From the human T2T-CHM13v2.0 reference genome, Homo sapiens, in NCBI RefSeq assembly GCF_009914755.1, contig NC_060934.1: DNA of 64,000 nucleotides. One strand, written 5' to 3'. A model generated the notes under the pieces. The model saw only the letters and a program-made list of their open reading frames with translations, had not been told where the DNA came from and did no database searches. Below are positions 42,043-56,896 of this stretch, piece after piece; within the stretch, counting starts at the first letter, position 1; each line of letters begins with the position of its first letter. A program made the translations under genes and the position numbers.

Positions 42043-43174
42043 ATTAGAAAACTTGAGTGGCCTCTTGTGTCCTGCAGAGATTTAAAACATGGCATCTCAA
42101 TATTTTTGAGAACTACATTTGTTTTTAACATATGTGTTTGAGAAAAGCATATGGAGTGTTTCACCGCAGGCACTTCTGAGTACCATTCCATGGCTTCCAG
42201 AATTTTATCCTCTTTGAGGTCTTCTGTGCTATGAATATTAGATTTCTTTCCCCAAGGGATTATGTGGCAGGTCATTATGGCCTTCTTTTTTTTGGCCATA
42301 TTAAGTAACAGTTTTGCTATATTCCAGTAGTACCGTTGTGTGTTTTCTGCAATGTGGAGTTGACTTAGCTTGGCATTTTAGATTTGTTAAAACTATTTTT
42401 TCCATAAATACTTTGAAACGTATTTATATATTTCAATTTAAGGAATCTTTTTGCCATGTGTATGCAAATATTATTTTCTTCATACATTCATTTTCTTTTC
42501 AGGGGAAAATTTTGGGATGGGGGACTCAGGAGGACCTGTGAAGCATGTAGTTATCTAGATCTGGGTAATTTCATGTTTATTAAACTCGAACTTTGGCTAG
42601 TTAAACTCATATTGAAACTTCATCTAGTCTCTTAATTTTTTAACACTAAATTCAAGTCATTTGTTTTAAGTCTCTAAAAAAGAAGATTGCAGTCATCCAT
42701 TCATATGCATGGGGTCTGATCGCAAATACACTAAATGTGGAGTGTAGGAACCAAAATGAAACCTGCTGTATGGAAACTACTTTCACTTATGGTTCATTGG
42801 TTTTTGTACCAATATTTTTTATGCACTTCAGTGCAAGTCTTGTCAGTTAACCTTACTTTATGAGTAAGCTAAATAACCCAAATTACATTTCTTTAAACCT
42901 GTTTTACTACTATGGCACTTTGATAAAATGGTCAGGAACCAACTTTACTGGCAAAAGGGTCCATGTACCACCATGTGCTGGAGCATCTGTTCTACATGTG
43001 GATATCTATGAATGGTAATGTTTTCCTTCATGTAAGTGCCTATTCAGAGTTTCAGAATTTTAAAATGCCAAATATTTTCATGGTCATTTGCATGTAGTAA
43101 GCCAGAAAATATTCAAAGAGATTTTGAAAACCAATTGTATTTAACCAGCCTCAAATTGTGCAACCATGATGTAT

Positions 43175-43180
43175 AATAAA
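43175..43180 (+). terminator. Polyadenylation signal AATAAA (likely a major VPS26A site)
   Basis: Canonical hexamer, upstream TGTA (CFIm) motifs, downstream GCTTGCTGTTTG; ends the repeat-free UTR. Confidence 0.75.
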
Positions 43181-43556
43181 GAATTTGAAACAGAAACTGA
43201 GCTTGCTGTTTGCATGATTAAAATAGCTCTGTTCTCAAATCTCTTCTCATTGTTAGATTTATTGTCGAGGATAGGATTGTTCAATAGTTTAGGAAGCTGT
43301 AACTGTGATAATGAATTTTTATAAATATTACTGGTTTCAATTTTAAATAGATATATAATGCTTTTAATAGGCTGGCTTAAAACTGTCATATACAGGATGC
43401 CTATCCGTTTTGCTCAAGACTTTTTGTAGCATAACCAATTTGAAAAAAATTCAAATTTAATATTTGGTGATTTCAGTCAAAAGTCAGCCAGCTAATTAGA
43501 AGTCATAAACTGAAAAAGAAATTTGTGTCTTTAATGAAGAGTTACAATGTCTAATC

Positions 43557-44716
<1,160 letters not shown>

Positions 44717-44725
44717 ATCTAAACC

Positions 44726-44731
44726 ATTAAA
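44726..44731 (+). terminator. Candidate distal polyadenylation signal ATTAAA
   Basis: ATTAAA followed by T-rich and TTGTTTTG downstream elements, just beyond the nested repeat block. Confidence 0.45.
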
Positions 44732-44778
44732 ATTTTTATTTCTGTCACTAATGAAGAATTTTCTCATTGTTTTGATAT

Positions 44779-45230
44779 TGCTGGGGAAGAAAAACTTTTA
44801 CCCTCTTAGGATGAGTTCTTGGGGGCCTGCAAATTAAATAAACAAGAGACGTGGCCAGGTGCCTAACTCTTTTGAGAGGCCAGGGTGGAAAGATCGCTTG
44901 AGCCCAGGAGTTTGAGACCAGCTTGGGCAACATAAACGGGACCCCAATCTCTACGGAAAAAAAAAAAAAAAACAAAACATAGGGGAAGTGGTGGGGCATG
45001 AGTACTTACGGGAAAACAAATGACTTAGAAGATATGAAATGAGCTCTTATGAAAATAGATGGAAGATAAAATTTTGTTACAATGTCTGTTCACGTGTGGT
45101 ACCCATTTATTGTCTCAGGATAAAAGTCAGTCTTTCCTGGTTGCTCCCGGGAAGGGGATTTTTTAGCTCTTTTGAGAGCCCAGGCTTTTAGACAGCTAAG
45201 GGATTTCAAAAACAAGTGATTATAAAATTA
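44779..45230 (-). mobile_element. Probable ERV1 LTR relic (MER34-group-like), interrupted by an Alu monomer
   Basis: GGGGAAGAAAAACTTTTACCCTCT...GGGGCCTGCAAATTAAA resembles MER34-group LTR ends (from memory). Confidence 0.4.
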
Positions 45231-45491
45231 AAGATGCTCTCATTTAGAAAAAAAATACAGGTCTAAAATATAACACAGTTATGGATTAGAACTGTTATGC
45301 AGCTCAGTATTAGAATAAAGCAAAGGTTTTCCAGGAGTGGTATTATGCCCCGGAAAGAAAGCAAGACAGAGCAGGACCACATGGGTACCATCTGTACAAG
45401 TTCTACAAATGTGTCTGACAGGTGCCCCATCCCTTCCAGCTCTAACATTTCATGACTCTAACACTAAATCTTTTTTTTTTTTTTTTTTTAA

Positions 45492-45683
<192 letters not shown>

Positions 45684-45715
45684 TAGCCAGGATGGTCTCG
45701 ATCACCTGACCTCAC

Positions 45716-46242
45716 TGAGAGGTGAAGCCAGCTGGACTTCTGGGTCGGGTGGGGACTTGGAGAACTTTTCTGTCTTACAAGAGGATTGTAAAATGCACCA
45801 ATCAGCACTCTGTAGCTAGGATTGTAAAACGCACCAATTGGCACTCTAGCTAGCTAGAGGTTTGTAAAATGCACCAATCAGCTCTCTGTGGCTAGCTAGA
45901 GATTTGTAAAATGGACCAATCAGTGCTCTGTAAAATGGACCAATCAGCACTCTGTAAAATGGGCCACTCAGCAGGACATGGGTGGGGGACAAATAAGGGA
46001 ATAACAGCTGGCTGCCACCCCCCAACCCCAGCCCCCAGCCAGCAGCAGCAACCCGCTTGGGTCCCCTTCCATGCTGTGGAAGCTTTGTTCTTTCGCTCTT
46101 CACGATAATAAATCTTGCTGCTGCTCACTCTTTGGGTCCATGCCACCTTTGAGAGCTGTAACACTCACTGCAAAGGTCCACAGCTTCATTCTTGAAATCA
46201 GCAAGACCACGAACCCACTGGAAGGAACAAACTCTGGACACA
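45716..46242 (+). mobile_element. LTR12 (LTR12F-like, ERV9) solo LTR #2, inside an antisense Alu (about 45471-46288)
   Basis: Same termini and CCAAT repeats; host Alu resumes in register; degenerate TSD TCAC/TCGT. Confidence 0.9.
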
Positions 46243-46555
46243 TCGTGATCCACCTGTCTTGGCCTCCCAAAGTGCTGGGATTACAGGCGTGAGCCACCGT
46301 GCCCGGCCAAGAGTAAATCTTAAAAGTTCACTTAGGATAAGCAACAGTTTAGCGTCTAGATCATGATAACCTTAATGTCAGAAAAATACTAGAAACTTCA
46401 ACTTACAAAATTTGGTAGACAAGGTATGAGAGAGTAATCTACAGGATGTGCTTTTGTGAAACCTACACCAGATTTTGTTAATAGCAAAAGCAGGCCGGGC
46501 GCGGTGGCTCACGCCTGTAATCCCAGCACTTTGGGAGGCCGAGGCGGGTGGATCA

Positions 46556-46825
<270 letters not shown>

Positions 46826-46939
46826 TTAACTTGTATTATTTCTGCCACCTAGGTTATCTTCTCCCACTTCCTTTCCCCTTCTATTTATTTCCGTATTCAT
46901 GCATGGATTTAGCATATTTACAGACTATCAGTTAGTGCT

Positions 46940-47297
46940 TGCTATGGTTTGAATGTGTCCCCTAAATTTTTTGTGTTGGAACTTAATCATCAAATTCATA
47001 TATTGATTGGAGGTGAGGCCTTTGGGAAGTAATTAGGATTAGATAAAAGTTCTCAGTGTGGGTCCCCCATGATGTGACTGGTGGCTTCGTAAGAAAAGAG
47101 AAACCTGAGTTGACACACAGGTCTTGCTCTCTGGCCATGTGATGCCTTCTACCAGGTTATGTCAAGAGGGCCATCACCAGATGCCAGCCTCTTGATCTTG
47201 GACTTCCTAGCCTCCAGAACTAAAAGAAATAAATTCATTTTCTTTACAAATTACTCAGTCTGTGGTGTTCTGTTATAGCAATGCAAAATGGAGTAAG
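46940..47297 (+). mobile_element. MaLR LTR (MST-type)
   Basis: TGCTATGGTTTGAATGTGTCCCC start; GGACTTCCTAGCCTCCAGAACT...AATAAAT...GTTATAGCA end. Confidence 0.85.
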
Positions 47298-47337
47298 TGT
47301 TATCTTGGCCCTATCCTGAAGGAACTTTAATCCAGAG

Positions 47338-47496
47338 CAGTGGTTCTCAAAAGTGTGGTCTCAGACCAGCAGAGTTGCATCATCTGAAATGTTTTAGAAA
47401 TGTAAACTCTCAGATCCCACTCCAGATCTACTGAATCAGAAACTTCAGGGATGGGGCCCAACAATCTTGTTGCACTCTAACGTTTAAGAACCACTG
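47338..47496. mobile_element. MER5A-type hAT MITE
   Basis: CAGTGGTTCT...AGAACCACTG TIRs; 8-bp TSD ATCCAGAG / ACCCAGAG. Confidence 0.85.
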
Positions 47497-48245
47497 ACCC
47501 AGAGACACAATTACGATAGTTTTCATTCTATGATAGAGCCTCTACTGGGACCTGTGATATGTAAGAGAAGCACCCAGTGTGTTCAGAGGTGCAGAGGTAA
47601 GAAACGATGATATAACTGGTGTATAGTTCCAGCATGAATAGAATGGTAGATGTGGGGAGTAGAAATAAAGCTGGAAGAGGCATATAGGGCCAACCAATTT
47701 AGGACAGAACCTGGATGCCATACGATGGAATATGGGCTTTATCTGAACATTTATTCAGAATCACCAAAGGACTCTAAGCAGGAGTAACTTACCAGATTTG
47801 TGTTTTCAAAAGATCATTATGGTGCTACGGCAAAGTATAGGAGGATACCAGTTACATAGTTACTGCATTAATCCATTCAACAAGCAAAATAAAACATTTA
47901 TAGAGGCTCTAATATGTGTTAGGTGCTGATTACACTTACTGCTATAAATATGACATAACCAGTATAGATATGACATCTTTTTTTGTAAAAGCAAAAATTT
48001 TATATTGAATTTTCCCATTTCAATGTTTATAGTAGAACTTAATGAATGGCTGAAAGGGAAAGCCTGTATGTGCTATCATAAAATTCAGATTGCATTTTCT
48101 ACCTGCAAGGAGGTGCAAACAAAATTACAGTTAAAATAGTTTTGAGAATTTTTTTTTTCTGTAAAACTATACTAGGGTTGGGCTAGATCTGTAAGACTAG
48201 TAACTGCCAGGTGCTGTGGCATGCACCTGTAGTTCCAGTTACTCA

Positions 48246-48710
<465 letters not shown>

Positions 48711-49564
48711 TTACTGGGGCAAGTTAGTTAACCTGGTGACAATAATACCTCTAAATTGTTGTCAAGCATATTAAAAGATTAAAAGGAACAACATAGTGCT
48801 TGCCTCAGTTACGTATTAAACGTTTGGTTTATCCTTCATTCTCCTAGTTTCCAAATCTGACGAGACATCATTGTTTATTAACATTTTCTAGCATATTTAG
48901 TCACTCACTACATTATCTAAGGAGTCTTGTAAAACCTCTCATTCCACATACATGGTCTCCATCATAACTCAGACACAGGAATCTACCACCTTCAGCTAGA
49001 ACTGTTGATAAAGTTGTAATTTTCCTCCCTGCATATTTGTGTTTATCCTAGTCTATCCTAGGTACTTCCTAATGAATGATTTCTCTTCTCAAAAATATAA
49101 TCACTATTTGTAAGCCATAGAATTAGGTCTGCGTTAACTCTGTTACTTAAATTTTTTTCAGTATGTCTTTTCCTTAGTTAAGCCTCTGCTTACATCGTTT
49201 CCACTGACTAGAATTTACTTACCGCTTCTCTATGTTTTACTTTTAAGTCTGGCAGAAATCTCCTTACCACTCTCAAATTGCTCCTTTCTTTGAACTGCCA
49301 TTAGTCTATTAGAGTAATAAGTGCATTATTTAACGTGTACTGTTCTTACCACCAAAACCAGATCAGAACCTTTGAAAGCAAAGGACTGTCTCCTTGTATC
49401 CCTGATGTTTAAAAATTATTTTGTGAATCAAAGGCACGTGGCAAATTGTTACTGGAATCCTATTAGACATACAGTATTGTATATTACATAACACGTTCCT
49501 TCAAGTTGTAAGATCTTAATGATGTAAGTATAAAGAGATGTGGATGGAGATGCTAAACTTGTGA

Positions 49565-49894
<330 letters not shown>

Positions 49895-50469
49895 TGAGAA
49901 CACGGTATTCAACAAATGCAATGGAACGAAACTATGGCTGGGGTACAGAGCACGTATTTTTGCCATGTGGTCACAACTATGTGGTCATAGCTGCTAGGAT
50001 GATGTACGCAAACTGCTCACATTAAAGCAAAAGTACTTACGTAATACAAGGGGTTTAATAGTGCAACAATATTTCTTAGCAACATTTCTGAGGGGCATAT
50101 CAAGTTATTATCGCTAACGTTATCATATCAGGAAATGACGGTTAACAATGCAAGAAACTTTTGGGAAATGCTATTTAGTGTTTGAGTCCGCAAGACATAC
50201 TCGTACCCTGAGCATTCGCAGTTGCTGCTCCACCACCCATTCTCTCACTGCTCACCCACGTGCTTCTGGACACTTGCTTACCAAAGTACTAGTTTGCATC
50301 ACGTGACACGACTAGCAGGCCCCCTCCGCTCATGTATGACATCCCAAAGATGCCTGATTATTTTCCCTTCTTTAGGGAAAGGTGGTCCCAATCACCAACA
50401 AAACAGAGAAAGAGAACGAGAATTATCTCTAGTGGTTTTGCCTGCTAATCTTCTTTTTCCCTGAAAGAA

Positions 50470-51130
50470 CACCCTCACGGCACGGCGTTTTCCTTAACGG
50501 TCAGGCGTTTTCCCGGGCAGCTTACCTGCTCGGCCTGGGTCTTTCTGGACAGCAGGCGCTGGAGGTGCGCGTCACTGTCCGCCGCCGTGTCCGCGGCTGC
50601 GCCAGACAGTGTAGAACCTGCGGCCTCGATGTCCTTCTCCCGTGCCCTATTGTGGGCTCGGCTCCCGGCGGGGCGCCAGGCTGGCCACCGGGCAGCCATC
50701 TGCTCTGCCCTTCGTCCCCACTTTGGGCCCTTTCCCGGGGTTCTGGGGCAAGTTTCTGTCCTTGCCACCGCCTCCTCCTCTGCCTCCGGTGGCTCCAAAA
50801 TACCAAACACGTCCTTGTTCGTGCCCCTGACTGTGAAACCTCAGGGCCCCAGCGCCGACGGCGACGTCGGGGCCGAGCTAACCCGGCCTCTGGACAAGAG
50901 TGAGTGCGGGAACTACTGAGGGCGGCAGAGGGTGGTGTCTGCTGGGCCGAGGCTGGTTGGGAGGAAGCTACATCCCCTTCCCCTGGGGATCCGAGGTCCC
51001 ATCGAGTGTTGTCATCGTGCCTCTCAGTGTCTGCCTCCTTCGCTGGTGTGTGAGCCCCTCAAACGGCTTAGGACTGTATCTGATTAATTCTTAACGCCTC
51101 GTCCCAGAAGCGGCCTTTTCCCTTTTACTG
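50470..51130. promoter_or_regulatory. SUPV3L1: CpG island / TATA-less promoter of SUPV3L1
   Basis: Sharp rise in GC and CpG content around exon 1; E-boxes at 50257, 50300 and 51409 nearby. Confidence 0.9.
50629..50899 (+). CDS. SUPV3L1: SUPV3L1 exon 1 coding part (mitochondrial targeting peptide [23 protein letters not shown]...RPLDK)
   Basis: ATG 50629; AGA|gtgagt donor; Arg-rich, acid-free presequence; matches SUV3 N-terminus. Confidence 0.96.
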
Positions 51131-51885
51131 CCCTGCTCTCTGAATGGTTTAGACACTCATGTGTTGGGAAGATTTGACTTTTTTGAGTTGTTAGGTGGAC
51201 GCCCGCTCTTTCTTGCATTCTTTGTTTCTCTCCCACCCCCGAATGGGATGTGGCAGTGAAAAGCCAGCGGAGACTCCTTTTAGGATTCTTTATCATTGAG
51301 GAGGCGCCGACTCATACCACGCTGTTAGGCTGTGTGGTGGTTGCCAAGAGGAACCAGACTCAGATCCAGATCCCCTCTTAAGAAACGTAACGGTATCGTG
51401 GGGGAGGACACGTGTATGGAAAGTGAACTGTAATACAAGGTAGAACATGACAAGGTCTAGAACAAGGTAGGGTGTCCCCGGCTCCAGAGAGAAAAGAAGA
51501 GGTAGCATCAGTTAGTGGCAGCGGGCTTTGCTCAGCAAAACTTAAGTTTGGATGGATTCGTTGACAGAGAGGCATGTGAATGTTTTCAAGGTGAGTTTCG
51601 GGATGATTAGGGAGGTAAGGGAGTTTCCTCTGACCATATGAAACTGGGAGATTGAGGAAATGCTATCCAGAATTGTCTCCAGGAATAGGAGGAAAAATGT
51701 CTCACTTCAACAAGCGACATTGGTGCCTCCTATTGTAAATCTAAAATATAGACTACAATATGTTTTTCAGAGCAGAAGTACAGTACTTTCACTAAACATG
51801 TGATGGAACTCACAGTATATGTTATTCTTTGACATATTCTTCCAGTGTTAAGCAAGGCCTTTCACTTTACTTGGTGCTGGGAGAC

Positions 51886-52229
51886 TGTCTTTATTTTCTG
51901 CTGTTATAACATAATACCTGAGACTGAGTAATTTATAAACAATAGAGGTGTATTTGACTCATGGTTCTGAGCCGGGATCTGATGAGGGCCTTTGGCTGCA
52001 TCATCACATGGTGGAAGGTGGAAAGGCAAATGAGCCTGTGAGACAGAGAAAGGGGGCTGAACTTATCCTTTTTTCCTGTGATAACTGACTCCTGTGATAA
52101 TGGCATTAATCCACTCACAAAGGCAAACTCCTCATGTCCTAATCACCTCTTAAAGGTTCCACCTCTCAACTGTTAAAATAGCAATTAAATTTCAATATGA
52201 GTCTTGGAGAAGACATTCAAACCATAGCA
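51886..52229 (-). mobile_element. MaLR LTR (MST/MLT1A-type) in SUPV3L1 intron 1
   Basis: Ends CATTCAAACCATAGCA; 5-bp TSD GAGAC / GAGAA. Confidence 0.85.
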
Positions 52230-52506
52230 GAGAATGTGTTATTTTAATAATGTAATTATACTATTATTTATTTTTAAATTATAAAAATACATAAAATTTA
52301 CTCTTTTAAGCTTTTTTTTAGTTTTTTTTTCTTTACTTTTTTTTTTTTAGAGACAGGGTCTTGCTCTGTTACCCAAGCTGGAGTATAGTGGTATGATCAT
52401 AGCTCACTGTAACCTCCAACTCCCAGACTCAAGCAATCCTCCTGGCTCAGCCTTCTAAGTAGCTAGGAATACAGGCGTGCATCACCATGCCTGGATAATT
52501 TTTTAA

Positions 52507-52662
<156 letters not shown>

Positions 52663-53229
52663 TAGCGTTAAGTATATTGACATTGTCGCGAAATAGATGA
52701 GAACTTTTTCATCTTGCAGAGTTGAAACTCAAACAATAGTTTACCCATTAAAGAACAATTTTCCATTATTTTATATTATTTGAAGGCATAAGGTAATTTG
52801 GATGAGATAATTTGCCTTATTGTATTCAAATATTGATAAATTCTTATTTTCTGCAGCTATTCCAATTCACCTGAAAATGTAAATGTCTTTGCTGCTTCCT
52901 GTAAGAAGATAGAATAAAGACATGGGTTTGTCAGCACTAGATTTTCTTCTGGTGGAGAATCCTTAGATACTTCATTGGGTCTGTGTGCCAGGTGATTTTT
53001 CATCTCCTTTGACTGGGATTGGTCCAGATGTTGAATTTACTAGAATGATTTTTCAGCATGGCAGGAGGGGCTACAGAAGATGGTGCATTACTACACTCTG
53101 ATATAGCCATGTGGTTAAGGTGTCAGATTTCCACTTAGCTTAGCAATCAGGACAAGAAGCTGTCACTTCTCAATCTCTTTTGCCTACTCATAACCCAAAA
53201 AGTTGAGGTACTTAAAGGCTTTGTCCTGC

Positions 53230-54048
<819 letters not shown>

Positions 54049-54490
54049 TTACATACTAGAAAGCTCACCCTTTAAAAGTGTATAATTCACTGGGTTTTAG
54101 TGTATTTGCAGGATTGTACAATCATCACCATAATTTCATTTTAGAACATTTTTATCACCCTAAAAAGAAACCTGATATCTGTTAGCAAGTCACTCTCTAG
54201 TTCCCCAGTCCCCAGTGTCTTTTTTTTTTTTTTTAGCTCCAGATAACCACTAATCCACATTCTGTCTGTTGATTTGCCTGTTTTGTGTATTTCATATTTA
54301 TAGTGTCATATAGTATTGGTCTTTTGTAACTGGTTTCTTTTACTTAGCATAATGAGAAATTTCACATTTTGGAAGCATTTTAATTTGAGTAAAGCAGCAT
54401 GAATCTTATATAACACCGTAGTATTAGTCACAGAAAATAGGTTAATTCTAAATAAATGTGATCTGTCTTTAGTTTGTATCGAGTTTATAG

Positions 54491-55064
<574 letters not shown>

Positions 55065-55379
55065 TCAAACAGTTTTATTAGTGGAATGCTTTGTTCAGGC
55101 TTGATTTCTTCAATGAGTGTTGTGTGTGTTGGACTGTGTGAAAATGTGGTTGGCACATTTGTGAAAGGTAAAAATACAGGTCACTTGGCCTTTCTGAATT
55201 TCATGGGTAAAGGCTGTGTCCTCATTGTGGCTTCTCCTCCTAGAAATACATAGTGTGTGACTGAGTCAGTAAAATGTTTATTGAATAATGCTGTAGTATT
55301 TTAACATATACAACCATAATACAATCTCAGCTTGATTAGTTTAAAATACTTTTACCTCTAAGATTATTGATTCATAGTG

Positions 55380-55600
55380 GCATGTTATCTCCCAATAGCA
55401 TAGACATTTCTCTGCCGTCACCCTTGACAGTCATCTAACCCTTGCTTGAGTAATTCCATTGGCAAGGAGCTCTCACTTTTCACTGTTCTAATTGTTAGGA
55501 AGTTCTTGTATAAATTCCACTGAAATCTGCTCCCACTGACTTTAGTTATGCCATCTAGCACAAAACAAGTGTAATCTTTTATCCCTGAAATCATCATCCT
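55380..55600 (-). mobile_element. L3/CR1 3' fragment
   Basis: CTAATTGTTAGGAAGTTCTT...CTGAAATCTGCTCCC pattern typical of L3. Confidence 0.6.
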
Positions 55601-55832
55601 CAAACTTAACATCAGCGTGGCTTCCTTAAGCATGAGGATCTGGTCCTTGCTATATTGGTTGTCTTTCTGGATGTGTTTTAGCTGCTCACTGTTTGGATGT
55701 GCAGAATCGTTATAAGTGAATGACAGTGTGGCTCTCTACCTATAAGTGGCCTGGTGAAGGCTTGAGGCTGCCTCTCATCCCAGAGTGCATTGCTCATTCC
55801 TCTATGGTATAACAGGGTGCTGCATTATTTGA

Positions 55833-55997
<165 letters not shown>

Positions 55998-56331
55998 TAA
56001 CAGGCCCAGCTAATTTTTGTATTTTTAGTAGAGACGGGGTTTCACCATGTTAGCCAGGATGGTCTCTATCTCCTGACCTCGTGATCCGCCCACCTCAGCC
56101 TCCCAAAGTGCTGGGATTACAGGCGTGAGCCACCGTGCCCGGCCAACTCGATCATTTTTCTTAACACTCCCATCGCATATGAATTCATAAAGAAGGATCG
56201 ACTAAAACCTTCTAGTTCTTGCAACACTCATTAGACTGCTGCCTTTAGTGTTATTGCTTCAAGTTTCTTTTGCTTTTTTTCAGCATTTATCTAAGATAAG
56301 GAAACGTTAAATTTTGACATCTCTCTTCTAG

Positions 56332-56409
56332 ATGAAGTAAAGAAGGTCTTAGACAAATTTTACAAGAGGAAAGAAATTCAGAAACTGGGTGCTGATTATG
56401 GACTTGATG
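56332..56409 (+). CDS. SUPV3L1: SUPV3L1 exon 2 (NEVKKVLDKFYKRKEIQKLGADYGLD)
   Basis: ttctag|ATG, ATG|gtaagg; 78 nt; phase 1-1. Confidence 0.95.
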
Positions 56410-56788
56410 GTAAGGCCCAAAACATCTTCATAGAGGTATTTTATTACCTCTTACGGTACAGCTTGGTCAGGACTGTACGACCCCTCATGTGACCTGGCTG
56501 TTGTAGTCTGGAGACACGTCCCTGCTCTTTGCTTCTGGCTGAGTGGGAGACTGGCGAGGCTCACCTGGTGAGCCATACTGCACGGCAGAGGAGCTGCAGC
56601 TGCGGCCTTCCTTCATGCTGTGCTAGGACTTCAGTTTTAGCCCAGATCATAATAAACCAGCTGTACTGCCAAAAAAAAAAAAAAAAAAAGAAAAAAAAAA
56701 GACTCTTTGATGAGTTTGGTGTGGTGTGTCTGTGTGCTTTTTAAAATGAGAACTACACCTTACATCTTTTCATTTTGTGTTTCTACAG

Positions 56789-56896
56789 CTCGTCTCTTCC
56801 ACCAAGCTTTCATAAGCTTTAGAAATTATATTATGCAGTCTCATTCCCTGGATGTGGACATTCACATTGTTTTGAATGATATTTGCTTCGGTGCAG
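56789..56896 (+). CDS. SUPV3L1: SUPV3L1 exon 3 ([17 protein letters not shown]...DICFGA)
   Basis: ctacag|CT acceptor; non-canonical CAG|gcaagt donor; 108 nt. Confidence 0.93.

Larger units (their letters stand above)
41605..43200 (+). other. VPS26A: VPS26A 3'UTR (core, repeat-free, AU-rich)
   Basis: Follows the stop; AATAAA at 42037 and 43175; Pumilio element TGTATATA at 41783-41790; miR-17-family seed match GCACTTT at 42915-42921. Confidence 0.85.

Noticed and set aside
45790-45960. CRISPR-like or novel repeat array (TGTAAAA...CCAATCAGCACTC units)
   Set aside because: These are the known tandem CCAAT enhancer repeats of LTR12 U3
49965-49987. Direct repeat ATGTGGTCA x2 (RUNX-like sites)
   Set aside because: Short; cannot be distinguished from a chance microduplication without ChIP or conservation data
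50475-50903. Antisense and alternate-frame ORFs over SUPV3L1 exon 1
   Set aside because: Expected stop-codon scarcity in a CpG island; non-ATG starts and no recognisable homology
56410-56788. snoRNA in SUPV3L1 intron 2
   Set aside because: No correctly placed C/D or H/ACA box pair; TGATGA at about 56708 lies near the 3' end without a downstream D box
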